A program made the position numbers and the translations under genes. Below the pieces are notes generated by a model. The model was not told the origin of the DNA and made no database searches. It saw only the letters and a list, made by a program, of their open reading frames with translations. Of a DNA stretch of 64,000 nucleotides, positions 20,119 to 29,288 are shown piece after piece (position 1 is the first letter of the stretch; the number at the start of each line of letters is the position of its first letter). This stretch comes from a virus. Where the stretch lies: the IMG/VR virus record IMGVR_UViG_3300027365_000010, positions 1 through 64,000 of that record; one strand, given 5' to 3'.

Positions 20119-20132
20119 GGCTCTTTTTTATT
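20101..20132. terminator. bidirectional rho-independent terminator
   Basis: AATAAAAAAGAGCC-TTAA-GGCTCTTTTTTATT between convergent genes. Confidence 0.9.
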
Positions 20133-20289
20133 CACTGTCTTTTTCACCATCATCTTGTGAATCATTTTCAGAAACTGTTTCACCATTCTTTTTCTTTTTT
20201 CCAAAAATGCTTTCCCAATTTTTTCGGTATGCGTCAGTGTTTGAGCGCGATACTAAACTATCGCCTGTAACATCATTATGTGATGCCAT
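20128..20289 (-). CDS. small phage protein (53 aa), absent from the ORF track
   Basis: MASHNDVTGDSLVSRSNTDAYRKNWESIFGKKKK...; AGGAG SD. Confidence 0.75.
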   Translation of the reverse strand: MASHNDVTGDSLVSRSNTDAYRKNWESIFGKKKKNGETVSENDSQDDGEKDSE

Positions 20290-20292
20290 TGT

Positions 20293-20784
20293 TTACTCCT
20301 GTATTATGCTAATTTTTTTAGGGAATCCAGTAAGCTGTAAATAAAATCCAGAAACTGGTCTCTGTAATTCTTTTCTGTAGTCATTGACATACTTCTCTAT
20401 CTTATCACTATTCTGCAAAAAGTAAAGTCGTTTCTTCTTCATATAGTTAGAAAACAGCTCTTGTTCTTTATATGATAATGGAATTCGATAGTTTCTCACT
20501 ACACGCGTTATCGTACTGTCTACATCATTCTCATTTTCAGAATACAACATCTTCCTAATATTTCTCTCAATCAACTCTTCTGGGAGAGTTAAATCTAATT
20601 TTGCTTTAACCAGTTCAGTTGTTCGTTGGACAATGGTTTCATTTTCTTCAATCAAAACAGTGATTAGATTTTCTGCCGATTCTGCACTGGCCTTATACAT
20701 CAGTGCTGGCATGAAGAGTGTAACTACTGCCATAAACATAATAAATATACATACTTTTCTTATATCACCATACGGTATTTTCAT
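20293..20784 (-). CDS. membrane-anchored late protein
   Basis: N-terminal TM helix; TATAAATA at 20804-20811. Confidence 0.7.
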   Translation of the reverse strand: MKIPYGDIRKVCIFIMFMAVVTLFMPALMYKASAESAENLITVLIEENETIVQRTTELVKAKLDLTLPEELIERNIRKMLYSENENDVDSTITRVVRNYRIPLSYKEQELFSNYMKKKRLYFLQNSDKIEKYVNDYRKELQRPVSGFYLQLTGFPKKISIIQE

Positions 20785-20851
20785 ACTATGTGCCTTTTTC
20801 TATTATTTATAAACAATTTAACATTAGATGTTATTTACACGCATTTGATCA

Positions 20852-21208
20852 TTATGAATCTTTAATTCTTATTACATTTGCTTCTGGTATCTGTGTTAGA
20901 AGTTCAATAGCACCTGCATCTTCAAGTATTTCTTTAACACTACGTTTATCGTATGGGTGATTAGACATAAAGGTCTGTATGAGTATCTTGCCGTCTTCAG
21001 CAGTAATTTCTGAACTATCACCAGACTCTAGTAAACTCTGTTCTTTGTCTAGCTTATTTTTTATCTGATGTATCTCAGTATTATATCTTTGTTTAACGGC
21101 TATTTCATTTTTTACGTTCTCGATAAATTCGACTAAAGAAATATTAAAAGGAACGAAATAGTAATAATACTGATTGTCTTCTTCAAAAGCGATTAAGCGT
21201 TCAAACAT
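20852..21208 (-). CDS. hypothetical protein (start moved to MFERLI)
   Basis: GGAG SD; CATAAATA at 21232-21239. Confidence 0.7.
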   Translation of the reverse strand: MFERLIAFEEDNQYYYYFVPFNISLVEFIENVKNEIAVKQRYNTEIHQIKNKLDKEQSLLESGDSSEITAEDGKILIQTFMSNHPYDKRSVKEILEDAGAIELLTQIPEANVIRIKDS

Positions 21209-21231
21209 GGCGTTCACTCCATTATCCTGTG

Positions 21232-21252
21232 TATTTATGTTTATGATAAATA
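21232..21252. promoter_or_regulatory. divergent pair of T4-like late promoters
   Basis: CATAAATA (-) 21232-21239 and GATAAATA (+) 21245-21252. Confidence 0.6.
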
Positions 21253-21272
21253 ATAATAAACGGAGATAATTA

Positions 21273-22190
21273 ATGAAACTGGTTAATCTTTTTGAGCGAA
21301 CAATCAAAGTACCTCAAGATCTCAAAGAAGACATACTAAGAATGGTAGTCTATGCTATCTATCACTACCATACACGGGGTGCTACTGAAAATGATACTAA
21401 GGAATTTGAAGAGGTTGTCGAAGACATTACCGGGTATACCGTAGATGCCCTTGAAATGGAATTCACGGGGCGTTTGAAGCGTAGTGTCAGTGGGAACCGT
21501 GATTATCTCGGTCTAAGCCTATTTCATCCAGAGGATGTCCCTTACTATCATAGCTCAAGGCTCGTTAGAAGTAATATGGACCAAATGGCACAAGATGGTG
21601 TACTACCCATTGATGTGTTAGTGATGATTCGTGAAAATGATTCATCAAGGTACAGTATTGTTAAAGGAACACCCAAGATATTAATAAATGCACATAGCCT
21701 TTCAGATGCGTTTTTAGACTCATGGTTCAATGACACGCGTGATAAAAAAGCAATGACTGAATTCAAAAAACTAAGAAGTGTTGTTGACCATGAACTGCAA
21801 CACTTAATACAAGACATTGGCTTGCATAAAGATCAATCTGCAATTAAGCCAAACTATGGTCATGGTGGTAGATCGGAAGAAGATGTGCATGATGACTATT
21901 ATTCGTCAGAGGCAGAGATTCGACCTCAACTGGCTAACCTAGAACAGGAATTCCGCAACTTTACTGAAGGTGATGAGTGGTGGAATATGTTTGACTCTGA
22001 ACAGAAAAAAGAATTCTTCAGAATGTTTGTAGGTTTGAGTTCCAGAGGATTTGACTTGGAGGTTGGAACCCAAACCCTAAAGGTTAAAATAGATACGCCA
22101 CGTTTTTTTGCTGCATTAAAAAAGGATGCACCTAAAAAATACATTAAAATTGTTAAAGATTTTTATGGGATGGTAGATGACCTACTTTAA
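21273..22190 (+). CDS. HExxH zinc metalloprotease-like virion protein with LFE leader
   Basis: MKLVNLFE; VVDHELQHLIQ; DYYSSEAE. Confidence 0.7.
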   Translation: MKLVNLFERTIKVPQDLKEDILRMVVYAIYHYHTRGATENDTKEFEEVVEDITGYTVDALEMEFTGRLKRSVSGNRDYLGLSLFHPEDVPYYHSSRLVRSNMDQMAQDGVLPIDVLVMIRENDSSRYSIVKGTPKILINAHSLSDAFLDSWFNDTRDKKAMTEFKKLRSVVDHELQHLIQDIGLHKDQSAIKPNYGHGGRSEEDVHDDYYSSEAEIRPQLANLEQEFRNFTEGDEWWNMFDSEQKKEFFRMFVGLSSRGFDLEVGTQTLKVKIDTPRFFAALKKDAPKKYIKIVKDFYGMVDDLL

Positions 22191-22199
22191 TACTTGGGA

Positions 22200-22604
22200 C
22201 TACATGTCCCAAGTATATACACTATCTACACAATCAACTTCGATCATGTCTTCTGTCACATTATCAGGATTGTAAAAATATACCCACGCTTCGACACCAA
22301 CATCTAGCATAACTTCCTTACGCTCATAATGATCAGGGTAGCCTTCGAGCATATCAATCAACTCTAGTGTTTTATCATCTACGGCATAAAGTTCGCCAGC
22401 AACAATCTTACCGTTTGGATCAAAGGCGATTGCTGGGAAAGAGCCCATGTCATACATTTTAAAACGATCAATGGTATTGACTTTACCTAGATAGTCGTAA
22501 CCTTTGTTTTTACTATGAGTATCATAGTCGTAGGAAATGATTTCATGATTATGGAATCCTTGCTTCAATGTACCATATACCATCACAAAATTTTCGTTAC
22601 TCAT
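22200..22604 (-). CDS. gamma-glutamylcyclotransferase (AIG2/YtfP-like)
   Basis: VYGTLKQGFHNH, GELY.V, DMLEGYP, AWVY. Confidence 0.9.
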   Translation of the reverse strand: MSNENFVMVYGTLKQGFHNHEIISYDYDTHSKNKGYDYLGKVNTIDRFKMYDMGSFPAIAFDPNGKIVAGELYAVDDKTLELIDMLEGYPDHYERKEVMLDVGVEAWVYFYNPDNVTEDMIEVDCVDSVYTWDM

Positions 22605-22724
22605 CTTTATTCCTTACCTCAGTTAATGTTATAGAAATGATAACATAGAGATTTCAATAAAGCAAATAAAAAAATGATAATGCATAAATAATACATATAT
22701 CATTGCAATATAAGGATTTTTAGA

Positions 22725-23561
22725 ATGCGCCTACACCAACTATTTGAATCAATGATTCGTCTTCCTGAAAACCTAACAGGTGATGTCATGGAATTCGTGT
22801 ATGCTTACGTAATTGATTTCTTAAATACTAAGAATAATGATTTAGACAGCGGCATTGAGCTTCTACAGTCACTCAATATCAATCCAAAGTATCCAGAGCT
22901 GAATAAAAGATTGCGCTTTACACATACATCTAATGTCATTATGAATGCTAAAATTGGTTTGGGCTCCTATAAATTCAAGTATAATATTGAAGAGGCCGAT
23001 AAATCATTAACTATTCGTCTCGTAGATTCATCTGAGCATTACTATGGTGGATACGACCCTGACACCAATGTTTTAACATTAAATATGCATAACCTTAAAC
23101 TCATGCTTGCACATGAACAACCTAAAAAGTCGTTTATAGATTACACGCTACATGAATTCGAAAACACTATAGAACATGAGCTGATGCATTTTGTACAGTA
23201 TAAATCATTCGGGAAAGTAGATCCTCGTCAGATTCAAAATTATCAAGCCAAAGATAATTCCCCAGAAGAATACGTGAAATATGCCACATCAGCGGTTGAG
23301 TTGTTACCATCATTAAAGTCTGAATTCAATACTTTCAAAAACAAAGTAAAGTTCCTATCCAAAACAATACCTATAACAGATAATGATCGTATGCAACTGA
23401 TGCGTTATTTTATGGGTGATGAAAATGCGAAAGTTGAAAAATATTCAGAATTCTTGGATGATTTCAGATCAATACTATTCCAGCGCCTGAAAGACGAAAA
23501 TGAAGAGTTATGGAAGAAGTCGGTGAAAGTGATGATACAACAGTACCGGGAGACATTTTAA
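22725..23561 (+). CDS. HExxH zinc metalloprotease-like virion protein with LFE leader
   Basis: MRLHQLFE; TIEHELMHFVQ; YATSAVE; CATAAATA at 22683-22690. Confidence 0.7.
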   Translation: MRLHQLFESMIRLPENLTGDVMEFVYAYVIDFLNTKNNDLDSGIELLQSLNINPKYPELNKRLRFTHTSNVIMNAKIGLGSYKFKYNIEEADKSLTIRLVDSSEHYYGGYDPDTNVLTLNMHNLKLMLAHEQPKKSFIDYTLHEFENTIEHELMHFVQYKSFGKVDPRQIQNYQAKDNSPEEYVKYATSAVELLPSLKSEFNTFKNKVKFLSKTIPITDNDRMQLMRYFMGDENAKVEKYSEFLDDFRSILFQRLKDENEELWKKSVKVMIQQYRETF

Positions 23562-23562
23562 G

Positions 23563-23952
23563 TTATTCGTCTTCTTCGTACAGTATTCTAGAGCTTTCCA
23601 AATAGTAATTATATAGTTCAGGATGCATAATCTTAAAACGATTAAAGTTGTTTCTACCATCTAATTTAATAGACACAAAAACAGTATTTGGTACATCATC
23701 TTTTTCTATATCAATCATTGTCAGTGCAGTGTCCATATCTACTAAGCGAACAATTTTACTCACCCCGGCCTTTTTTAACTCTCCGGTCATATCTTCTAAG
23801 AGATTGTTGAGGAATTCTTGTTTCGTGCCCACATACAGATGACTATGATTTTCGTAGAACTCTTTAAAGTCTAACGTGGCTATGAACTCATATACGTATC
23901 TTTTGTCATGGTGTATCAAGAAATGTGACTTTGTGTATTTTGTGTAATCCAT
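23563..23952 (-). CDS. hypothetical protein (start moved to MDYTKY)
   Basis: AAGGTG SD before 23952. Confidence 0.65.
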   Translation of the reverse strand: MDYTKYTKSHFLIHHDKRYVYEFIATLDFKEFYENHSHLYVGTKQEFLNNLLEDMTGELKKAGVSKIVRLVDMDTALTMIDIEKDDVPNTVFVSIKLDGRNNFNRFKIMHPELYNYYLESSRILYEEDE

Positions 23953-24048
23953 CGAATCACCTTTATAATGGAATATATTAATATTTATATCTTGAACATT
24001 CCGTGAAATTCTAGTACCATGTATATACACATTGACGGAGATTTAACT

Positions 24049-24279
24049 ATGAAAGGTAACGATCAGGAAGTAGACAAGTATACTTTTAACGAACGTAAGT
24101 TTGTGGACTCTTCTGGTGAAGCTGTGGAATACTTCGTTTATAAACGTCAAGAAGATAGCGAGCTTTTCCTTTCTATCAAACACGGATGTTATGAAAAAGA
24201 AACTATTGAAGAACTGTTCGATTTCCTCTATGACATGAATCTCCCCGTACCCGTTGAAAACAGCAACTGGGTTGAATAA
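24049..24279 (+). CDS. hypothetical protein
   Basis: GGAG SD before ATG 24049. Confidence 0.65.
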   Translation: MKGNDQEVDKYTFNERKFVDSSGEAVEYFVYKRQEDSELFLSIKHGCYEKETIEELFDFLYDMNLPVPVENSNWVE

Positions 24280-24866
24280 TGAATATCTTTTTTACTAATA
24301 ATGACGCGATTATTTGTGCAGACGAACACTGTATTACACATACCAATAAAATGATCACTGAGTATGCACAAATGCTTTCAACGGCTCATCGCGTTTTAGA
24401 TGGAGAGCCATACCGCGATGAGAAAAATATACTTCGTCATCGGTTACGCGATTGGCGCGAAACGGTACTTTATAAATCTACACATGTGAACCATCCATGT
24501 AATAAATGGGTACGTTCTAACGTTACTAACTACAATTGGTTGCTGGTTGTACTGATGCGTCTATGTGAAAACTATCGTCTCATGAAAGGTAAGGCACAAA
24601 AAGTAGAATTGGCTGTCCTTGACAGTCTAATGAATCCACCTGAAAGCATGTCTGAAGGCGAGTTTTCCACACCCCCATTCTCAGCACCAGATGATATGAA
24701 GGCCAAAATCAATCTCAATCAAGATGTTACTGCTTGTTATAAAGAGTTCATTATACAAAAAATATTACTTTGGGAGAAGTACCCAGAAATGGGCAAAAGG
24801 GAAGTTAATACTGAATTCTACCAAGAACCAGTATGGTATAGGGAAATACGTCAAAGGGTAGAATAA
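24279..24866 (+). CDS. pyrimidine-dimer DNA glycosylase / endonuclease V family protein
   Basis: MNIF...HC..H..KMITEYAQMLSTAH...LYKSTHVNHPC..W. Confidence 0.8.
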   Translation: MNIFFTNNDAIICADEHCITHTNKMITEYAQMLSTAHRVLDGEPYRDEKNILRHRLRDWRETVLYKSTHVNHPCNKWVRSNVTNYNWLLVVLMRLCENYRLMKGKAQKVELAVLDSLMNPPESMSEGEFSTPPFSAPDDMKAKINLNQDVTACYKEFIIQKILLWEKYPEMGKREVNTEFYQEPVWYREIRQRVE

Positions 24867-25196
24867 CTACCCTTTCTTTGTATGCAAGTATGAATTTATT
24901 TTACGAGTATTTAATAAAACCTTTTCTAAACGTATACGTTTATCTCTCTTTATCTTTTTAGATATTTCTTCTAAAACACCCATATCCTTTTTTGACACCG
25001 TAAAGAAGACTTCATTGTCGTTGGAACAATATATACATGATCCATTTACCCTTTTGAGCAAACAATCACGAACAATGTTGTACAATTCATTAACCCCATT
25101 GGACACAATGAAAGTCACATCTTTACTACAGTCATTAGATGACTCGATATATGTATTACGCTTAAAAAGAGTCTTTATATACTTATCGTCGTCCAT
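24867..25196 (-). CDS. hypothetical protein
   Basis: 109-aa ORF at operon end. Confidence 0.6.
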   Translation of the reverse strand: MDDDKYIKTLFKRNTYIESSNDCSKDVTFIVSNGVNELYNIVRDCLLKRVNGSCIYCSNDNEVFFTVSKKDMGVLEEISKKIKRDKRIRLEKVLLNTRKINSYLHTKKG

Positions 25197-25728
25197 TCTT
25201 TTTCTTCTCGCGTTCTAACATAAGCTCTTGGAAGCGTTTATGATTCTCAAGGAGCTTGTGTCTAGCAATTGGTCTATAGTTAGTATGTTCGACACATACG
25301 TTGATATAATGATCATCTGGCACGGTTTGAAAGTGCATATGACCATGAATATTTATACACCCACGCAATTCTTTTTCATGGATTGGTGCATGCGATAACC
25401 AAGACCCTTTATATTTAACCAATCCATGGATTTCATTAAATACTTCAGTAAGATCACTCATAGAAATTCGACGCTTTTTCTCGGTATCGTGATTTCCTAG
25501 AATAAGCTTTTTATTACCGGGTAGATATTTGACAACATCAAGATAATATGGGTCAAAAATAATATCCCCATGGAAAAACACAACATCGTTTTTACCAATC
25601 ATTTCTTTGTAGTTATTAATGATAGTCCATGAGCTTTGTGCCTCACTCTTAAAATTATGTTTTTCTCTGAACTTGGCAATGTTTTTATGTCCCAAATGCC
25701 AGTCAGAGGTATGGTAAACAAGACTCAC
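25183..25728 (-). CDS. calcineurin-like metallophosphoesterase
   Basis: SDWHLGH, GD, LGNHD, SHAP, HGHMH. Confidence 0.9.
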   Translation of the reverse strand: MSLVYHTSDWHLGHKNIAKFREKHNFKSEAQSSWTIINNYKEMIGKNDVVFFHGDIIFDPYYLDVVKYLPGNKKLILGNHDTEKKRRISMSDLTEVFNEIHGLVKYKGSWLSHAPIHEKELRGCINIHGHMHFQTVPDDHYINVCVEHTNYRPIARHKLLENHKRFQELMLEREKKKNGRR

Positions 25729-25731
25729 TCT

Positions 25732-26160
25732 TCACTCCATGTCTGAATATTTTCGTTTTTCGAGATATTGCAATACGGATATATCTCGCAATTCTTTATC
25801 ATTCCAGTTATAGCTGTCTGGAATACTCAAAATGTAAACAACCGTCCCAAACGCTTTCGCTCGTTCTAGTTCATCAACGGCATCTTCTGATGATTTTAGA
25901 TCCTCATATGATGAAAAATCCATAAACACTATCTCATCAGCCCACCGTATTAGTGCAGAAGAAATGGGAACTAGGGCATGAGTATCCAATACCCCACATG
26001 ATCTAGTATTATACCCATAATTTTTATGTAGCTCATTCGCCAATGTTGGTGAACGTAACATACCAACTGAACATACGCATAGAACCCGAGGCGCGTTTGA
26101 TTGATACGGATTATGTTGAGCCAAGTTTTCTGCAAACGATGGTGATGTGATCATGTACAA
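25732..26160 (-). CDS. low-molecular-weight protein tyrosine phosphatase-like protein
   Basis: VLCVCSVGMLRSPT (CX5R-S loop). Confidence 0.85.
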   Translation of the reverse strand: MYMITSPSFAENLAQHNPYQSNAPRVLCVCSVGMLRSPTLANELHKNYGYNTRSCGVLDTHALVPISSALIRWADEIVFMDFSSYEDLKSSEDAVDELERAKAFGTVVYILSIPDSYNWNDKELRDISVLQYLEKRKYSDME

Positions 26161-26163
26161 TCC

Positions 26164-26961
26164 TTAATATTCGATACCATTTTCTAGAGCATCATACAGT
26201 TGCTCTATGCAAAAATCTTCCTCAACATCATACCATAGCTTTTTATTAGTTTCAATAACATACTCGTCAATTTCATGAAGCTTCTTAGGTTCCATGTAAC
26301 GGCATCTATCACGTTGATTACTATTGAAACTTTCACTAACTCGCTTTCTAAGTTCGTCTATGGCTTCCTTATAGTATTGGATCTCTTGTGACATTTCGAA
26401 TTTAGTAAAATTATGGTTACCCAACTTCAATGCACGAAGATAGTCATATACCGTATTATCATAGATGCGATAATCATTTGTATAAAAGTTATCTTCAAAA
26501 ATCATTTTTGCAGCGTAGTAACAGCGTACTGCATGAGCAAAACGCTTTCCATTACCTTTGGAGTGTTTAATGTCTCGCCTAGCATAACCAAGAAACGAAC
26601 GTATGGTTGTGAAATTATAGAACCATGTCCTTCTATGCGACAAGAATTCAAGAACTGTTCCGTTACATTGATTTGTGTGAAGGGTTTCAAAATACGCAGT
26701 TGAATCACCAGTCATTAGATTCCTGACCAGCAACTGTAAAGTAGTAAAAATCGTGTCTCGTTCTTCAGTTGCATTCTGCAATGTATGATGTTGCCATAGG
26801 TAGGTATTGGCAAAGAAATCGTTTTGCATAACCACTGCAATATCATCGATGTCGGATTCATTTGTATCAAGAGCATAAATCTTCGAACCAAATTCAAAAC
26901 GATCAATGATACTGTCGTTTAAGACATTTATAATTTTTTCATCATTAATGTGTATATTCAT
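26164..26961 (-). CDS. pol-beta superfamily nucleotidyltransferase (RlaP-like)
   Basis: FGSKIYALDTNESDID, SFLGYA, KRFAHAVR. Confidence 0.75.
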   Translation of the reverse strand: MNIHINDEKIINVLNDSIIDRFEFGSKIYALDTNESDIDDIAVVMQNDFFANTYLWQHHTLQNATEERDTIFTTLQLLVRNLMTGDSTAYFETLHTNQCNGTVLEFLSHRRTWFYNFTTIRSFLGYARRDIKHSKGNGKRFAHAVRCYYAAKMIFEDNFYTNDYRIYDNTVYDYLRALKLGNHNFTKFEMSQEIQYYKEAIDELRKRVSESFNSNQRDRCRYMEPKKLHEIDEYVIETNKKLWYDVEEDFCIEQLYDALENGIEY

Positions 26962-27047
26962 ACATTTCCGTGTTTTTTCCTTTAATGTTTCGATCAGTAT
27001 AGCATAGTTTATGACAAATCTATACCCTTTAGACTATATTGAATGTA

Positions 27048-27056
27048 TGGTATAAT
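27048..27056 (+). promoter_or_regulatory. extended -10 sigma70 promoter of the cheW-like gene
   Basis: TGGTATAAT, then AGGAGG SD. Confidence 0.6.
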
Positions 27057-27102
27057 AGATCTCACTCTAAATATAGAAGGTTTCTAGGAGGCAATACACA
27101 GA

Positions 27103-27519
27103 ATGCAACATCTTTCTTTCAAACTCAATGATATTCGCTTAACAGTGCCTCTCATGGATGTTAAGGAAATTATTACGTACAGAGAACCTACACGCTTCTT
27201 CTCGACTAATAGTTCAGTCGATGGAATGATTTATCTACGGGATACTGTTATTACAGTAATCAATCCCAAAGTCATTTTTAATATTTTTGATGATAAAATA
27301 CCGACACACATCATCATCTTAGAACTTGGACATGATACCTATTTGGGACTTGAGATTGATGAAATTACAGATATTATCAATGTTGAAGAATCAGAAAAAA
27401 CCGACACTGATGTTGTTTTAGGTAAAGGAGTTGAGTATATAGATTATGTCATTAACAAAGGTGAGGTAATCTACAATAACCTTTCAATGAAAAAATTAAG
27501 AGAAGACTTTTATGCCTAA
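27103..27519 (+). CDS. cheW: CheW-like chemotaxis coupling protein
   Basis: LSFKL...VKEII...VDGMIYLRDTVITVI...IIILE...GLEIDEITDII follows the CheW consensus over the full length. Confidence 0.8.
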   Translation: MQHLSFKLNDIRLTVPLMDVKEIITYREPTRFFSTNSSVDGMIYLRDTVITVINPKVIFNIFDDKIPTHIIILELGHDTYLGLEIDEITDIINVEESEKTDTDVVLGKGVEYIDYVINKGEVIYNNLSMKKLREDFYA

Positions 27520-27979
27520 AAAGAATGTAAAGGTGGTTTATACGATAACCGATCATATTAATGGTCGTCTCGAAGCTATTAAACCTAGTAAAGGCTTTAT
27601 GACTGATGCTGAAAAACTCAAAATAGTTCGGGAATCACTTTGTTGTATTGTGATGAACCGATTTAACCGTGCATTAGCGAACGATACACATATTACAGTA
27701 GGAAGTGTTAAAATACTAAAGTTATATGCGGTTGATATCTACAGCTATCGCGATTGTGAGATTGTATCTGACAATCATAACAATAATACTTTATTTGGAT
27801 CTAATAGATTACAAATACATTCTGACAGTTTCTGTGTGAGCTTAGAATTCGACTCCGAAAAGTCTTACGGCCTTTTTAAGATTAAAAACGGGTTTGAAAA
27901 ATTGAAAAATAATTTAGGAACGCCATTTACAGGTCTTGGTATAGATAATACATGCACTGTCGAAGAATATAGAGAGTGA
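27512..27979 (+). CDS. hypothetical protein
   Basis: overlaps the cheW stop. Confidence 0.7.
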   Translation: MPKKNVKVVYTITDHINGRLEAIKPSKGFMTDAEKLKIVRESLCCIVMNRFNRALANDTHITVGSVKILKLYAVDIYSYRDCEIVSDNHNNNTLFGSNRLQIHSDSFCVSLEFDSEKSYGLFKIKNGFEKLKNNLGTPFTGLGIDNTCTVEEYRE

Positions 27980-27982
27980 TAT

Positions 27983-28738
27983 TCACTCTCTATTAATTTT
28001 TTCTAGATACGTTTTATATAATTGATATAAACGCTTCTTGAAAGCTTTATCATACTTTCCTTTCAAATCTGATAACATCTCCCCGCCATGCGTTTCCACT
28101 CTTATTAAAGATATAAAGTTATCAAACGAAGGATTTTTCGAAAATATGGACATTACACTTGGATCTTCAAAGACATGTTCAATCTCATGCATTATCTGGA
28201 TATAAAAGGCATTGTATTCATGTGGTGTGTCTATATACTTACCAGATTGTCTCAGCTTACGCTTTGTATCGATATACATTTCTTCATTATCACTATCAAC
28301 TGAATCCATAAAATGCACATATTCATGGACGAACACCTTTTTATACATATTGGTGAACATTTTATAAAAATCATTTATACTTATTAGATCTTCATCGTTA
28401 TTTTCATTGATGTATAAATGGATCTCATACTTAAATGTTGTCGTGTAACCATCGTTGATGCTGGTTGTGATCAATTTCCCTATTGTGTTTTTGGTAAGCT
28501 GATTTCGTGGAAGGACTCGGACACCGAGTGGATTATCTTTATAGGTAAGCTTGAATGTATACTTATACAGCTTTCTCAAAATATCCAAGTATGATTTCTC
28601 AAAATAATCAAATTCATCTAGACCAAGTAATTCTATATGGCCTTTGAATTCAATCATAAAATTATCAAATGCTTCACGGGCATTTGATAATTTCTTTTGA
28701 TCAGAGTCTATATCTTCAAAAAGTTGTTGTAATCTCAT
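27983..28738 (-). CDS. HExxH zinc metalloprotease-like virion protein with LFE leader
   Basis: MRLQQLFE; VFVHEYVHFMD; YIDTPHEYNA. Confidence 0.7.
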   Translation of the reverse strand: MRLQQLFEDIDSDQKKLSNAREAFDNFMIEFKGHIELLGLDEFDYFEKSYLDILRKLYKYTFKLTYKDNPLGVRVLPRNQLTKNTIGKLITTSINDGYTTTFKYEIHLYINENNDEDLISINDFYKMFTNMYKKVFVHEYVHFMDSVDSDNEEMYIDTKRKLRQSGKYIDTPHEYNAFYIQIMHEIEHVFEDPSVMSIFSKNPSFDNFISLIRVETHGGEMLSDLKGKYDKAFKKRLYQLYKTYLEKINRE

Positions 28739-28768
28739 AAGTTTATAACCTGTATAAACTTATTTATC
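28737..28768 (-). promoter_or_regulatory. late promoter GATAAATA overlapping an 11-bp hairpin that pairs the start codon
   Basis: ATAAGTTTATA-CAGGT-TATAAACTTAT(G). Confidence 0.7.
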
Positions 28769-28773
28769 CATTT

Positions 28774-29247
28774 CTAACATTTTGATTTACAGACTGCTTC
28801 CCAGATTTTACGACAATCGTCAAGTGCATCATGTGAACGCTTTTGATGCATCATGATTGTTATCATCGCTTCGAGTTGTGCATGTGTCTCACACAGAGTG
28901 TGTACACCATGAACATTCACATTGACATGAGGCTCAAGCTCAACGGTTTCGAATAAGCGAGATAACCAGAATCCATCAAATTCAGGCGCATCTGAATAGA
29001 CAATTATATCATCACCAAGTTTATTCAAGATTCGTCTAACCGCTAAGTCAGCGGGGATACCTTCTTGGTATAGGCGTTCTCGTGGGATTTTATGAATTTC
29101 TTCTGCATTTTCATCCCAATACGTCCATTCGTCTTCCGGCGTGATATAGAACGAGTCTTCCTCACCTGTCTTAGGATTCAACCATGCAACCTGAATAGGA
29201 TAAGAATCATCATGCAAACCACTTGCTTCGATATCTAGAATAACCAT
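28774..29247 (-). CDS. DEDDh 3'-5' exonuclease (DnaQ-like)
   Basis: ILDIEASG, FDGFWL, HDALDD; AGGAG SD before 29247. Confidence 0.85.
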   Translation of the reverse strand: MVILDIEASGLHDDSYPIQVAWLNPKTGEEDSFYITPEDEWTYWDENAEEIHKIPRERLYQEGIPADLAVRRILNKLGDDIIVYSDAPEFDGFWLSRLFETVELEPHVNVNVHGVHTLCETHAQLEAMITIMMHQKRSHDALDDCRKIWEAVCKSKC

Positions 29248-29288
29248 GTATATCTCCTGTTGTAAGATGATGGTGTGTAAGCACACCA

